A program made the position numbers and the translations under genes. The notes below the pieces were generated by a model. The model ran no database searches. It was not told the DNA's origin and saw only the letters and a program-made list of their open reading frames with translations. From positions 80,852-144,851 of the forward strand of contig JAJYLQ010000003.1 of NCBI GenBank assembly GCA_021787595.1: a DNA stretch of 64,000 nucleotides. Direction: 5' to 3'. Below, one piece after another: positions 9,655-19,476 of the stretch. This DNA comes from Chloroflexota bacterium (lineage in GTDB: Bacteria > Chloroflexota > Anaerolineae > Anaerolineales > Villigracilaceae). Position 1 is the stretch's first letter; the number at the start of each line of letters is the position of its first letter.

Positions 9655-11009
9655 CGCGATCCATCACCTTCAAATTGAGCCTGGCTTTTATCGCCATCAG
9701 CGCGATCAGCACCGCACTGATCGTGCTGTTCACGCGCTGGAGAAGCGGCGAGGAATTCCGCTCCTTCATCATCGATCAAAACCGCCCCAGCATGGTCACA
9801 GCCTTTTCGGATTATTACCTGCAGCATGGTTCGTGGGACGGCGTCTCCGGCACCGATCTGCCCATGCAGCAGCCTCCGCCCCCGCCCAACCCACACTCGT
9901 TCGAGCAGGGTGCGTTCACGCTCGTGGATACCAACGATCAAATCGTGCTGGCCGGTGCGGGTTACCGGGTGGGGCAGAATCTATCCCCGAGCGAGCTTGC
10001 GGGCGGCGTTCCAATCCGGGTGAACAACAAGACGGTCGGGACGCTCCTGATCAATCGAACCGCGTTCCGCATCAATTCATTGGGTTCGAACTTTCTGAAC
10101 CGGATCAATTTGCAGACTCTGCTGGGCGGGCTGACAGCCATTGCCATCGCGCTTGTTCTGGCAATCATCCTGTCGCGGTCTTTCACGCGTCCCATCCGCG
10201 AACTGACGGCGGCCACGCAGGTTGCGTCACAAGGCAACCTGCCGCAGCAAGTCCCGGTCCGCTCGCGCGATGAATTGGGCCAACTGGCTACATCTTTCAA
10301 CCGCATGAGCGCGGACCTGGCACGCTCGTTGAACCTTCGCCGCCAAATGACCGCGGACATCGCACACGAATTACGCACGCCGATCAGCATCATTCTTGGT
10401 CACGCTGAAGCCGTCCACGATGGGGTACTGCCTCCCTCTTCCGAGACTTTCGAGATCGTCCGCGAAGAAGCCGAACGCCTCGAGCATCTTGTGGATGATC
10501 TGCGAACCTTGTCCATGGCGGATGCCGGCGAACTCAAATTGGCGGTCCGGCCTTATGCGCCTGAAAAGCTTTTGAACGACGTGCAGAAAATCTTTGCTCA
10601 TCAAGCCAGCCAGGGAAATATCACGCTCAACCTCGAGATCGAGCCGGGGCTGCCTGAAATCGAAGTGGACCCGGAACGCATGAAGCAGGTATTTGGAAAC
10701 ATCCTTGATAACGCTTTGCGTTATACGCCGGAAAACGGAAATATCCTTTTGTCGGCAAATGCTGCGGACCACAACGTTGAAATGAAAATTCAGGATAGCG
10801 GCCCGGGGGTCGCGGCTGAAGATCTGGATCGAATCTTCGAACGGCTCTACCGGACGGAATCTTCGCGCGCCAGAGATAAAGGCGGCTCCGGCCTGGGCTT
10901 TGCCATCGCCAAATCCATCGTTGAAAAACACAACGGGAAGATTTGGGCCGAGAGCAAACCCGGCGAAGGCCTGACGGTCATCGTCCAGATCCCAATTCAT
11001 CAGGCGTGA
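9651..11009 (+). CDS. Sensor histidine kinase (2 TM, HAMP, HisKA, HATPase_c)
   Basis: H-box IAHELRTP. G-boxes DSGPGV and GGSGLGFAI. HAMP-like segment after the second TM. Confidence 0.9.
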   Translation: MTRSITFKLSLAFIAISAISTALIVLFTRWRSGEEFRSFIIDQNRPSMVTAFSDYYLQHGSWDGVSGTDLPMQQPPPPPNPHSFEQGAFTLVDTNDQIVLAGAGYRVGQNLSPSELAGGVPIRVNNKTVGTLLINRTAFRINSLGSNFLNRINLQTLLGGLTAIAIALVLAIILSRSFTRPIRELTAATQVASQGNLPQQVPVRSRDELGQLATSFNRMSADLARSLNLRRQMTADIAHELRTPISIILGHAEAVHDGVLPPSSETFEIVREEAERLEHLVDDLRTLSMADAGELKLAVRPYAPEKLLNDVQKIFAHQASQGNITLNLEIEPGLPEIEVDPERMKQVFGNILDNALRYTPENGNILLSANAADHNVEMKIQDSGPGVAAEDLDRIFERLYRTESSRARDKGGSGLGFAIAKSIVEKHNGKIWAESKPGEGLTVIVQIPIHQA

Positions 11010-11140
11010 TCTTCCAGAGCGGAGGCCGTAGTCGAAGCATGGAATATACCTTCGATCTTGCCCTTCGACTTCGTAGCGCCTTCAGTGCCGCTCCACTCAG
11101 GGCGATGGATTTATCCCGGATTCAGGTTAAATTAGCGAAC

Positions 11141-11166
11141 AGTCCCCGCCAAATTGGCGGGGACTG
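11141..11166. terminator. Hairpin between convergent genes (possible bidirectional terminator)
   Basis: AGTCCCCGCC-AAAT-TGGCGGGGACT, followed by GTTTCATTTT on the plus strand. Confidence 0.55.
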
Positions 11167-11188
11167 TTTCATTTTGCTACAAATCAGT

Positions 11189-12736
11189 TTACGGATTCAA
11201 ACTGATGATGTACGCGATCACGTCCGCAATCTGCTGCTGTGTCAGCGCGTTCTTATCCCCCCAGGCAGGCATCGAGAAGGTCGGGCTGGTACCTTCGGGT
11301 GTGGAACCATGTTGAACAAATAAATCAATGTTGGTGGCAAAGGTTTTATAGTCCGAATTCTTGATCGTCGGGTCAATCGGGTTGAGCGCAGGAATAGTCC
11401 CATCCGCCGAACCCAGATTGGGATTGCCGCCTGTGCCATTTGTGTTATGGCAGACCGCACAATTGTTGGCAAATATTTGCGCACCTGAAATTGCGTTGCC
11501 CGTTAAGTTGATTGCATCGCCCGGTCCGCCAGGATTGGATGGACGCGCAACTTCTTCGGTCGCCTCCGGCTCGGTTTGGTTCTGAGCAGAAGCCGTTGCC
11601 GCGGCGGTAGCTGTCGCAACCGGCGCTGTCGTCGGCGCGGAAGCCGCTGGCGTCGCAGTCCCGGATGCGCCTGAAGGCGTTCCCGCCGCGGGTGGCGAAA
11701 CGGGATTCAAGCTGATGACGTACGCGATCACGTCTGCAATTTGCTGCTGCGTCAGCTTCCCGGAATCACCCCACGGCGGCATGGAAAACATCGGGCTGGG
11801 ACCGGCTGGAGTCGAGCCGTGCTGGACGAACAAATCAACGTTGAATGCAAAGGTCTTGTAATCCGAACTGACCATGGTTTGATCAATCGGGTTGAGCGGC
11901 GGAATGGTTCCATCATCCGAACCGGGATTTGGATTGCCGCCCTTGGCATCTGCGCCATGACACACCTGGCAATTGCCCGCGAAGACCTGCTGACCTGAAT
12001 TCGGATCGCCCTTCAAATTGATCGCATCGCCTGGGCCGCCGGGATTGGATGGGCGCGCAATGTCCACGCCGCCAATCGGTGTTGGCGCCTGCGTCACAGC
12101 GACATTCGAAACAGGATTCAAACTGATGACGTACGCGATCACGTCCGCGATCTGCTGCGGTGCGAGTTTCTTCATATCGCCCCACGCCGGCATGGAGAAC
12201 GTGGGGTTGACTCCTTCGGGACGCGAACCGTGTTCCACGAACAGGTCAACATTTGTCGCAAACGTTTTGTAATCGGCATTGGCGATGGTCGGATCAATCG
12301 GGTTGAGCGACGGGATTGTGCCGTCGGTCGAACCGGGATTCGGAATGCCGCCTGTGCCATTCGCATTATGGCAGACCTGACAGTTGTTCGCGAAGATTTG
12401 CTTTCCTGAATTTGGATCGCCAGTCAAATTGAGAGCCGGTCCCGGACCTCCCGGATTGGATGGTCGCGCAGCAGTTGTTTCGCCTTCACCTGAAGAAGAA
12501 GCGGCGGGCGCAGCCGTGGAAACGACGGTCGCAGTTGCGCCCAGGAAGCGAGCCTGCTCCGGGAGGGTCGCCGGGACCAGCGTTGGGATCGAAGTGCGTT
12601 CCACCTTCTGCGCGGCGGCATTGCAATTATTCAATGAGGAGCCGCATCCCGAAAAAGTGACAAAAGAAACCCAGCCAAGAATTACAACAATAAACCCAAT
12701 AACGACGCCATAGAGTATTTTGCGAAAATCATCCAT
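11189..12736 (-). CDS. Membrane-anchored tri-domain class-I cytochrome c (three CxxCH)
   Basis: N-terminal TM. Three tandem paralogous domains (CQVCHN, CQVCHG, CAVCHN), each ending in QQIADVIAYxISLNP, joined by Ala/Pro/Thr/Ser linkers. The second ATG (12736) has better GGAG spacing than 12742. Confidence 0.85.
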   Translation of the reverse strand: MDDFRKILYGVVIGFIVVILGWVSFVTFSGCGSSLNNCNAAAQKVERTSIPTLVPATLPEQARFLGATATVVSTAAPAASSSGEGETTAARPSNPGGPGPALNLTGDPNSGKQIFANNCQVCHNANGTGGIPNPGSTDGTIPSLNPIDPTIANADYKTFATNVDLFVEHGSRPEGVNPTFSMPAWGDMKKLAPQQIADVIAYVISLNPVSNVAVTQAPTPIGGVDIARPSNPGGPGDAINLKGDPNSGQQVFAGNCQVCHGADAKGGNPNPGSDDGTIPPLNPIDQTMVSSDYKTFAFNVDLFVQHGSTPAGPSPMFSMPPWGDSGKLTQQQIADVIAYVISLNPVSPPAAGTPSGASGTATPAASAPTTAPVATATAAATASAQNQTEPEATEEVARPSNPGGPGDAINLTGNAISGAQIFANNCAVCHNTNGTGGNPNLGSADGTIPALNPIDPTIKNSDYKTFATNIDLFVQHGSTPEGTSPTFSMPAWGDKNALTQQQIADVIAYIISLNP

Positions 12737-12751
12737 AACCATCTCCGTACT

Positions 12752-13759
12752 TTAAGGATTCAAACTGATGATGTACGCGATCACATCCGCGATCTGCTGC
12801 TGTGTCAGCGCGTTCTTATCCCCCCAGGCAGGCATGGATGTTGGAGCAGCCCCTGGCAGCGACTCGGGTGTAGAGCCATGTTGAATGAACAAATCAAGGT
12901 TATATGCAAATGTCTTTGGATCTGAATTTTTGATCGTCGGGTCAATCGGATTAAGGGGTGGGAATGTTCCATCGCTCGAGCCCGGATTCGGTATACCGCC
13001 TTTGCCCTCAGTATTATGGCAGGGCACACAGTTCGCTGCAAAGATTTGGGTACCTGAGCTTGCATCACCTCTTAGATTGATTGCATCGCCCGGTCCGCCG
13101 GGATTCGATGGGCGTGCCGCTTCTTCGGTTGCCTCCGGTTCGGTTTGAGAAGAAGAAGTCGGAGCAGCAGACGTGCCCGAAACTGTCGGCGTTGGAGATG
13201 GACTCGTCGAGGACGCCGTTGGCGCAGCTGTAGTGGAAGGTGAATTCGAGAGGGTTCGGATAAAGTTAACTACGTCCCAGCGCTCCCGCACCGTCAGGTT
13301 CTCATTGAGCGGCGGCATCATGCCGAATCCGTTGGAGACCACCATGAAGATTGCGCCATCGCTCAGGAATTGGACTGCGGGACTGGTCAGGTCAGCGGGC
13401 TTCTTGGTTTGCAGGAATGGAGCGACCGGGCCATCGCCTTTCGCGTCTGCGCCGTGACAGGCCGTGCAGTTGATGTGGAAAAGTTCCGCGCCGCGGGCGA
13501 TCGAAGCCTGATCCGCCGGGACGGGATTCTTGGGCGCGCCCATGTTCGGGATGTACGCCGGCCCTTCGATCGGGATGGACTGCGACGGGACGGGAAGCGG
13601 ATGCTCCATCGGCTGCATGGCCGGTGAAATCGCCATGAAGCTGACCCACCGAATCTTGATCACATCGTAGGTAAACAGCATCGTTATCCCCAAAAGGACT
13701 ATTGCGACAGCGAACAGGATTCCCAGGCGCTTCAGAACATTGCTCAAACTGGTGCTCAT
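12752..13759 (-). CDS. actE: ActE-like membrane-anchored di-domain cytochrome c
   Basis: N-terminal TM. CTACHG domain plus a second CVPCHN domain paralogous to the downstream tri-domain protein. ATGA overlap with actD. Confidence 0.65.
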   Translation of the reverse strand: MSTSLSNVLKRLGILFAVAIVLLGITMLFTYDVIKIRWVSFMAISPAMQPMEHPLPVPSQSIPIEGPAYIPNMGAPKNPVPADQASIARGAELFHINCTACHGADAKGDGPVAPFLQTKKPADLTSPAVQFLSDGAIFMVVSNGFGMMPPLNENLTVRERWDVVNFIRTLSNSPSTTAAPTASSTSPSPTPTVSGTSAAPTSSSQTEPEATEEAARPSNPGGPGDAINLRGDASSGTQIFAANCVPCHNTEGKGGIPNPGSSDGTFPPLNPIDPTIKNSDPKTFAYNLDLFIQHGSTPESLPGAAPTSMPAWGDKNALTQQQIADVIAYIISLNP

Positions 13760-14280
13760 AATTGACGCGCCTCCGCCGGGTTGACCGATTCAGCGCCCAG
13801 TTTTTTCAGAGCGTCCACGATTTTCCTTTCCTCGCCGCTTGGGCAGCGGAACAACACTGCAATCTTGCCGTCGCTGATCTCACGCACATATTCTTTCGGC
13901 GTATAGGACGGAAATCCGCTGTCCACAAACATGCCGAGGAAGGCAAAACCCATCAGGCCAAGCATGGTCATCTCGAACACGATGATCAGGAATTGGGGCA
14001 CCGGATAGAGCGGCTGTCCGCCAACGTGTAATGGAAACAGGTATGGAGTACCCCAGATCAGAAAAGCTCCCAACAAGAAACCCAGGATGGCCCCGGTCAG
14101 GGCGATGCGCGATACATGGCTCAAGGCCGAGGGACGGCCCAAAATTGTATCCTTGATCGGAACGCCGGATATAACGTTCATCTGATCATCTGCGATTCCC
14201 ATTTCATGCAGTCTTTCAATTCCGTTTGCCGCCGGTTCGATATCCTCGAAGAGCGCCAAAAGCATAGTGGAATCAGACAT
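13756..14280 (-). CDS. actD: ACIII subunit ActD-like (DUF3341-type, 2 TM)
   Basis: Position between the NrfD-like subunit and the cytochrome c. Soluble N-terminal part followed by 2 TM helices. Confidence 0.6.
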   Translation of the reverse strand: MSDSTMLLALFEDIEPAANGIERLHEMGIADDQMNVISGVPIKDTILGRPSALSHVSRIALTGAILGFLLGAFLIWGTPYLFPLHVGGQPLYPVPQFLIIVFEMTMLGLMGFAFLGMFVDSGFPSYTPKEYVREISDGKIAVLFRCPSGEERKIVDALKKLGAESVNPAEARQL

Positions 14281-14297
14281 CTCTCAACTCCTTCCGC

Positions 14298-15731
14298 CTA
14301 ATCAATTTCGCTCACGGCCGAAATCCTGGCTTTACCGATCTTGCGGAGGACATGGCTTTCCTGGCCCTCCTGCACCTCCCAAACCGGGATCAACGGAATT
14401 AACCGCGAAGCCAGCATGTAGAGCAGGAAGAAGAAAGCGAAGTTACCGATGGTCAGCGCGATCTCGATGGCCGGCACATAGAGTCGCCACGTAAAAGGCA
14501 TACGGTTGATGGTCAGCGTTTCGGGGATAATGATGAAACGTTCGAGCCACATGCCCACGTTGATCAAAAAGCCGACAATCGCCAGCAGCCATGGAATACG
14601 CCTCCATTTCCTGTTCCAGAGAATCGCCCATGGCACCACGACATTACAGAACAGCATCAAGTACCAGAGATACCACTCCGGGCCGGTCTGAATAAAATTG
14701 GTTAAGATCTTCTCCCATTTATCGCCGCCATACCACGGAACGAGATAATCGTTGAAATAGAAATAGGCCCACGCCATCGAAACCAGCAACATCAACATGC
14801 CGAGCAATTCGAAATGTTCCGGGCGCAGGAAGTACTTCATGTTCTTCATCGTAGAGCGAATGAGGAACAACACAATCGCCACCGCTGCCATGCCTGAATG
14901 TAAAGCGCCGATGACGAAATACGGCCCGAAGACAGTGGATGACCAGCCAGGACGGGTCGCCATCGCAAAGTCCCAGGACACGATCGTATGCACGGAGAAC
15001 ATGACAGGGATAATGGCGAAGGCAAAGATGTTCATTGCCGTTTTCAGATTCTTCCACTCGCCCTCCGTGCCGCGAAAGCCAATGGCGAGAATTTTGTAAA
15101 GAGTTTTGCGCCAGCCGGTTGCGCGGTCACGCGCCATGGCCAGATCCGGGATGAGCGGCAGGAAAAGATACATCGTGCTGCACAGCAGGTACGTGTTGAT
15201 CGCCATGAAGTCCCACATCAGCGGCGAATGGAAATCCGGCCAAAGTCCGCGCTCGTTCGGGATCGGAATCAACCAGTAGGACAGCCAGACGCGTCCCATG
15301 TGCAGGAACACGCTGATGCCGGCTTGCACCAGGCCGAACGTGGTCATCAATTCCGCAGCGCGTGTGAATGGACGGCGGCCTTCCACTTTCAGAACGCGCA
15401 AAATGGCAGAAATAAATGTGCCCGCGTGGCTGATGCCGATCCAGAACACAACCTCGACCAGGAAAATTCCCCAGTAAACCGGGCGGTTGACGCCAGCCAC
15501 ACCCAGGCCGTTCATGATCAGGTAATACCACGCGTAAAACAGACAGGTCGCGACAATCGCTGCCAGCACACCGGTCACGGTCCAATATTTCCATGTCGTG
15601 CTGTGCATCGAATCCAGCATCATGGAATTCATCTCGCCGCGCGGCATGCGGTCATGCATCAAATGTTCTTTTGGATCTTCCTGCTCTTCCGCTTTGGAGC
15701 CTGCGAACAAAGGTTTGGTAAGTGCGCTCAT
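14298..15731 (-). CDS. actC: ACIII subunit ActC (NrfD/PsrC-like polytopic quinol-interacting membrane subunit)
   Basis: 477 aa, multi-TM, NrfD-like. Its start immediately abuts the actB2 stop. Confidence 0.8.
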   Translation of the reverse strand: MSALTKPLFAGSKAEEQEDPKEHLMHDRMPRGEMNSMMLDSMHSTTWKYWTVTGVLAAIVATCLFYAWYYLIMNGLGVAGVNRPVYWGIFLVEVVFWIGISHAGTFISAILRVLKVEGRRPFTRAAELMTTFGLVQAGISVFLHMGRVWLSYWLIPIPNERGLWPDFHSPLMWDFMAINTYLLCSTMYLFLPLIPDLAMARDRATGWRKTLYKILAIGFRGTEGEWKNLKTAMNIFAFAIIPVMFSVHTIVSWDFAMATRPGWSSTVFGPYFVIGALHSGMAAVAIVLFLIRSTMKNMKYFLRPEHFELLGMLMLLVSMAWAYFYFNDYLVPWYGGDKWEKILTNFIQTGPEWYLWYLMLFCNVVVPWAILWNRKWRRIPWLLAIVGFLINVGMWLERFIIIPETLTINRMPFTWRLYVPAIEIALTIGNFAFFFLLYMLASRLIPLIPVWEVQEGQESHVLRKIGKARISAVSEID

Positions 15732-16493
15732 CTACGCTCCTCCCGCCAGATAAGTTACATGAGGTATCGTACCAAGTTCTTCCAGCAGATGACTGCCGCG
15801 GCTGGTATCCGCGGCCTGGCTGACTTTGGTCGCCGGGTCATTAATGCGACCAAAGGTGATGGCACTCGCCGGGCAAGCCTGAGCGCAAGCCGGGACCACT
15901 TCGCCATCGCGGATGTCGCGATTCTCAGAAGCCGCTGTATCTTCCGCGTGGCGGATACGTTGAATGCAGAACGTGCATTTTTCCATAATACCGCGTCGGC
16001 GAACAGTTACATCCGGGTTCCAATGGTTCGAAAGCGTCACCAGCTCGGGGCGCTGTCTTGGATCCATGTAATCGCGCCAGTTGAACACACGCGCCTGATA
16101 CGGACAGTTGTTGGCGCAATAACGCGTGCCAACACATCGGTTATAAACCTGCAAATTCAAATCTTCGGAAGCGCTGTGAACCGAGGCAAACACCGGACAA
16201 ACCGGTTCGCACGGCGCGTTATGACAGTTCTGGCACATCACCGGCTGATAAGGCGTGGCCTTGATATTTGGATAGCTTCCCTGCCAGAAACGCTCGATGC
16301 GGATCCATTGCATCGAGCGTCCATAACCCGCGTCCACTTCACCAACGAATGGAACATTATTTTCCATCGAGCACGCCGCAACACAGGCCTGACATCCAGT
16401 GCATAAATCCTGGTCAATGGTCATGCCCCAGATGCCTTGAACATCCTGGGCTGGGTTTGCGCTATCCATGGGAGATTGCAATTCCTTCGGCAT
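15732..16493 (-). CDS. actB: ACIII subunit ActB2 (4-cluster Fe-S ferredoxin-like subunit)
   Basis: Multiple Cys clusters: CTGCQACVAAC, CQNCHNAPCEPVCP, CVGTRYCANNCP, ACAQACP. Confidence 0.8.
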   Translation of the reverse strand: MPKELQSPMDSANPAQDVQGIWGMTIDQDLCTGCQACVAACSMENNVPFVGEVDAGYGRSMQWIRIERFWQGSYPNIKATPYQPVMCQNCHNAPCEPVCPVFASVHSASEDLNLQVYNRCVGTRYCANNCPYQARVFNWRDYMDPRQRPELVTLSNHWNPDVTVRRRGIMEKCTFCIQRIRHAEDTAASENRDIRDGEVVPACAQACPASAITFGRINDPATKVSQAADTSRGSHLLEELGTIPHVTYLAGGA

Positions 16494-16505
16494 AAATTCT
16501 CTCTC

Positions 16506-18689
16506 CTACTGTTGTCCAAATTTTCCATAAATGCCAAGAACGCCTTCCAAACGGGACAATTGGCGCTTCTTTCCAATCTTCTTCACGCTGACTTTCATCG
16601 AAGCAAAAGCGAGATCGCCCGCTTCATTGGTTGAATTGCTCAACAGGTCAGCCGGATTGGCGCCGCGTCCCTGGGCGAATTGACCGTAAGCGGTATGTCC
16701 CTGGCCAAAAGGCATAGCGATCGTGTCGGGACGAATGGCCGGGTACAAGTAAACCGAGGCTTCCACCGTCCCCGCGCTGGATGTGATGGACACAACATCA
16801 TCATTCTGAACACCCAATTGCCTGGCAGTATCAGGATTGATCTCCACCCATGTATTCCACATCACGGTCGTGGTCGGATCGGCGGTTTCCTGCAAGTGGG
16901 GTTTGTTCGCGCCTGCCTCAGCTATCACCGGCGCAACGAACGGCAGGAGGAAGAAATCACCATCTCCATTGAATTGCGCCGCGGATGCGTTGAATGTTTT
17001 GTTCAGCGCGTCCGAACCGGACAGCGCAACGCGATTATCGGTTGTCTTCCACCAGCCGCCGTATTGCTGGAAAAAAGCTGTAAAGGTATTGATCTCCGGC
17101 GCGGAGAAAAATCCATCCGGCTCCGAAATCAAACTGGACAGTTTGCTTTGAATGTATTCCAGTTCATCTTTGAACTTCAAAGCCGAAGCCAGCGCGCCGC
17201 CGGCTTTTTGCACGGCAGCCAGCAGCACATCCGCCGTTGCTTTTGTATTGAAGAATGGAACGATAACCGGCTGCGCGCCCGAAAGCACGGATGAGCTTGA
17301 GCCGGTCGCGACTTTTTGGTAGCCCCACGACTCAAGTCCGTGATGATCGGGAAAAACATAATCGGATTGCAGTGCCGTTTCATCCGGGAAACTCGAAAAT
17401 GAAATTATCTGCAAAACTTTGGACATGGCATCTTCGAGTCCAAGTGATTTCGGCAATTCAAAAACGGGGTTGACGCCATGCACGAACAAAACTTTGATCT
17501 TGCCTGATTTCAATAAGTCAACAAAATCGGACATTTCCTTGAGATTTGCCGGGCGATGATAAGCATCCGTCAGCGGCGCAACTGGCGAAAGGAACACGCC
17601 GCCAGCCTTGCCTACATTTCCAACCAAAGCATTGAGCGCCAGTACTGCATCAGCAACTTGCAAGCCGTTGCTTCCTCCAAGCGCCGCGCCGCCCGGAATT
17701 GCCAATGGATGCCCGGCGCTCGCGAACAGACTCGCCAAATGTTTTAGCGTATCCACGCTCACGTCCGCCGCGGCCGCCGCGGCATTTACATCTGCATTGG
17801 AAAAGGCTGTGGGCAGTGTAATGTTGTTTGCTTCCGCAACGAGACGGCCAATCGCCAACACAACCAACGCCTCGCTCCCCGGCTTGGCCGGAATCCACTC
17901 ATCGGCCTTTGCACCTGTCTGCGACATACGCGATTCGAACTGCACAAAGTAACCGCGGCGGTTAGGGTTGCTGCGCCGCAACTGGGAATATTCGCGCGTC
18001 TGGGCCACTGGCGAAAGCCAGGTCTCGAGGAAATTCGCACCGAATGAAAAGACCAAATCCGCGTTGCCAATATCGAAGAACGGCAGACCCGCCTGGCCAA
18101 ACATATCGTTGGCGGCCTGCACCAGCGTGGCACGCGCTTCGAACATGCCCAGCGCACCGAAACGGACCGGGGCCGCCGCGCCAGCAGCTTTGGTCAGATC
18201 CGTCACGAGGTCGAAGAGATGATCGGGAGCTAATCCCATGAGGAAGGCAATCTCATCGGGCCTGTTCTTGCTCAACGCATCCGCCACCACCTGAATGGCC
18301 GAGTCCCAATCCATCTTTTTAACAATCGTCGAACCCCGGCTGTCGCGCCGGATTGGATCGGTCACGCGGTCGGGATTGTACAGTCCTTCCAAAGTCGTTT
18401 GGCCGCGCGCACAAGTCTTTCCGAGATTGACCGGATTGTTTTGGTTACCCTCCGTTTTGAGGGCGCGCCCCTGCATCGTCCGAACGATCAAACCGCAGCC
18501 TGCAGAACATTCGCGGCAGGTTGTGGCGTAATAAGTGCTTAAACCGTTATAGGTATATTCCGGCATTTTGGTATACGGTTCGCGCGTAACAAGCCGCGAA
18601 GCCGGGCCGCAGCCGGTCAGCACAGCGGTCGTCGCCGCACCGACACCGGCCACTTTCAAAAAGTCACGCCGGGAAATCTTTTTATCCAT
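16506..18689 (-). CDS. actB: ACIII subunit ActB1 (molybdopterin-oxidoreductase-like, Tat signal)
   Basis: Twin-arginine signal SRRDFLKVAGVGAA. 727-aa Mo-bisPGD-family-like architecture. Confidence 0.8.
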   Translation of the reverse strand: MDKKISRRDFLKVAGVGAATTAVLTGCGPASRLVTREPYTKMPEYTYNGLSTYYATTCRECSAGCGLIVRTMQGRALKTEGNQNNPVNLGKTCARGQTTLEGLYNPDRVTDPIRRDSRGSTIVKKMDWDSAIQVVADALSKNRPDEIAFLMGLAPDHLFDLVTDLTKAAGAAAPVRFGALGMFEARATLVQAANDMFGQAGLPFFDIGNADLVFSFGANFLETWLSPVAQTREYSQLRRSNPNRRGYFVQFESRMSQTGAKADEWIPAKPGSEALVVLAIGRLVAEANNITLPTAFSNADVNAAAAAADVSVDTLKHLASLFASAGHPLAIPGGAALGGSNGLQVADAVLALNALVGNVGKAGGVFLSPVAPLTDAYHRPANLKEMSDFVDLLKSGKIKVLFVHGVNPVFELPKSLGLEDAMSKVLQIISFSSFPDETALQSDYVFPDHHGLESWGYQKVATGSSSSVLSGAQPVIVPFFNTKATADVLLAAVQKAGGALASALKFKDELEYIQSKLSSLISEPDGFFSAPEINTFTAFFQQYGGWWKTTDNRVALSGSDALNKTFNASAAQFNGDGDFFLLPFVAPVIAEAGANKPHLQETADPTTTVMWNTWVEINPDTARQLGVQNDDVVSITSSAGTVEASVYLYPAIRPDTIAMPFGQGHTAYGQFAQGRGANPADLLSNSTNEAGDLAFASMKVSVKKIGKKRQLSRLEGVLGIYGKFGQQ

Positions 18690-18714
18690 GTGCTCTCTCT
18701 TCCTTTCGCCCGGT

Positions 18715-19308
18715 CTAATAATGACAGGTGCTGCAATCCGTCAGCTTGACGCGCAAGGCCTCAAGCTTCGCGGCAACCGCCGGATCGCTGGTCGGATTGT
18801 TCTGCGGATTGTTCTCGGTCTTTGCCCGGTGACAATTGAGACACCAGCCCATGTTTATCACCTGCGGATTCTGATACACGGTCATGTTGCTGACGTCTCC
18901 GTGGCAATCTTCGCAGTTCAAACCCGCGGCAATGTGCGGGCGGTGGACGAAATGCACAAAGTCCGGCACTTGCGCGACCGGCACCCAGTCAATCGGTTGA
19001 TTATTTTTTACGTAAGCCGCAAGCTTCGGCAGTTCCGTACCCTGGATCGCAATCTGCCGATGGCATCCCCAGCATTTTGTTTCAGTGGGAATGCCTGGTG
19101 AAGGTCCCCGCAATGCGCCTGGATGACAATACAAACATTGAATGCCTAATCGAACATGCAAATTATGCGGAAATTGGATCGGCTGTTCAGGCGGTTTCTG
19201 CGCCTGGGCAATACCCCAGACTACGCCGCTGAGCACCACCAGCGCAACGATGAATACGCCGATCCGACCAAGTGGCTGGTTCAGCATATTGAAGAACTTT
19301 TTGATCAT
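18715..19308 (-). CDS. actA: ACIII subunit ActA (pentahaem cytochrome c, membrane anchored)
   Basis: N-terminal TM and five CxxCH motifs (CLYCH, CWGCH, CEDCH, CLNCH, CSTCH). Confidence 0.85.
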   Translation of the reverse strand: MIKKFFNMLNQPLGRIGVFIVALVVLSGVVWGIAQAQKPPEQPIQFPHNLHVRLGIQCLYCHPGALRGPSPGIPTETKCWGCHRQIAIQGTELPKLAAYVKNNQPIDWVPVAQVPDFVHFVHRPHIAAGLNCEDCHGDVSNMTVYQNPQVINMGWCLNCHRAKTENNPQNNPTSDPAVAAKLEALRVKLTDCSTCHY

Positions 19309-19476
19309 GGATGCTCCTCAAATGAATTTTTCCACAACACTAAAAATCACATCCAAGAACCGGGAACCCACTCCCTCCGATAACTTAACGGCGGCATTAT
19401 ACTGCAAAAGAGCTTCTAAGTACATATAATAGATGAAGATTGTACAAATTTCCACCATGATATACTTGACTGGAAA

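Noticed and set aside
11021-11110. A possible second copy of the nested palindrome seen at 50999-51092.
   Set aside because: They share short words (GAGCGGAG, GTCGAAG, CTTCGAC), but the arms do not pair cleanly here. The similarity is too weak to call a family by eye.
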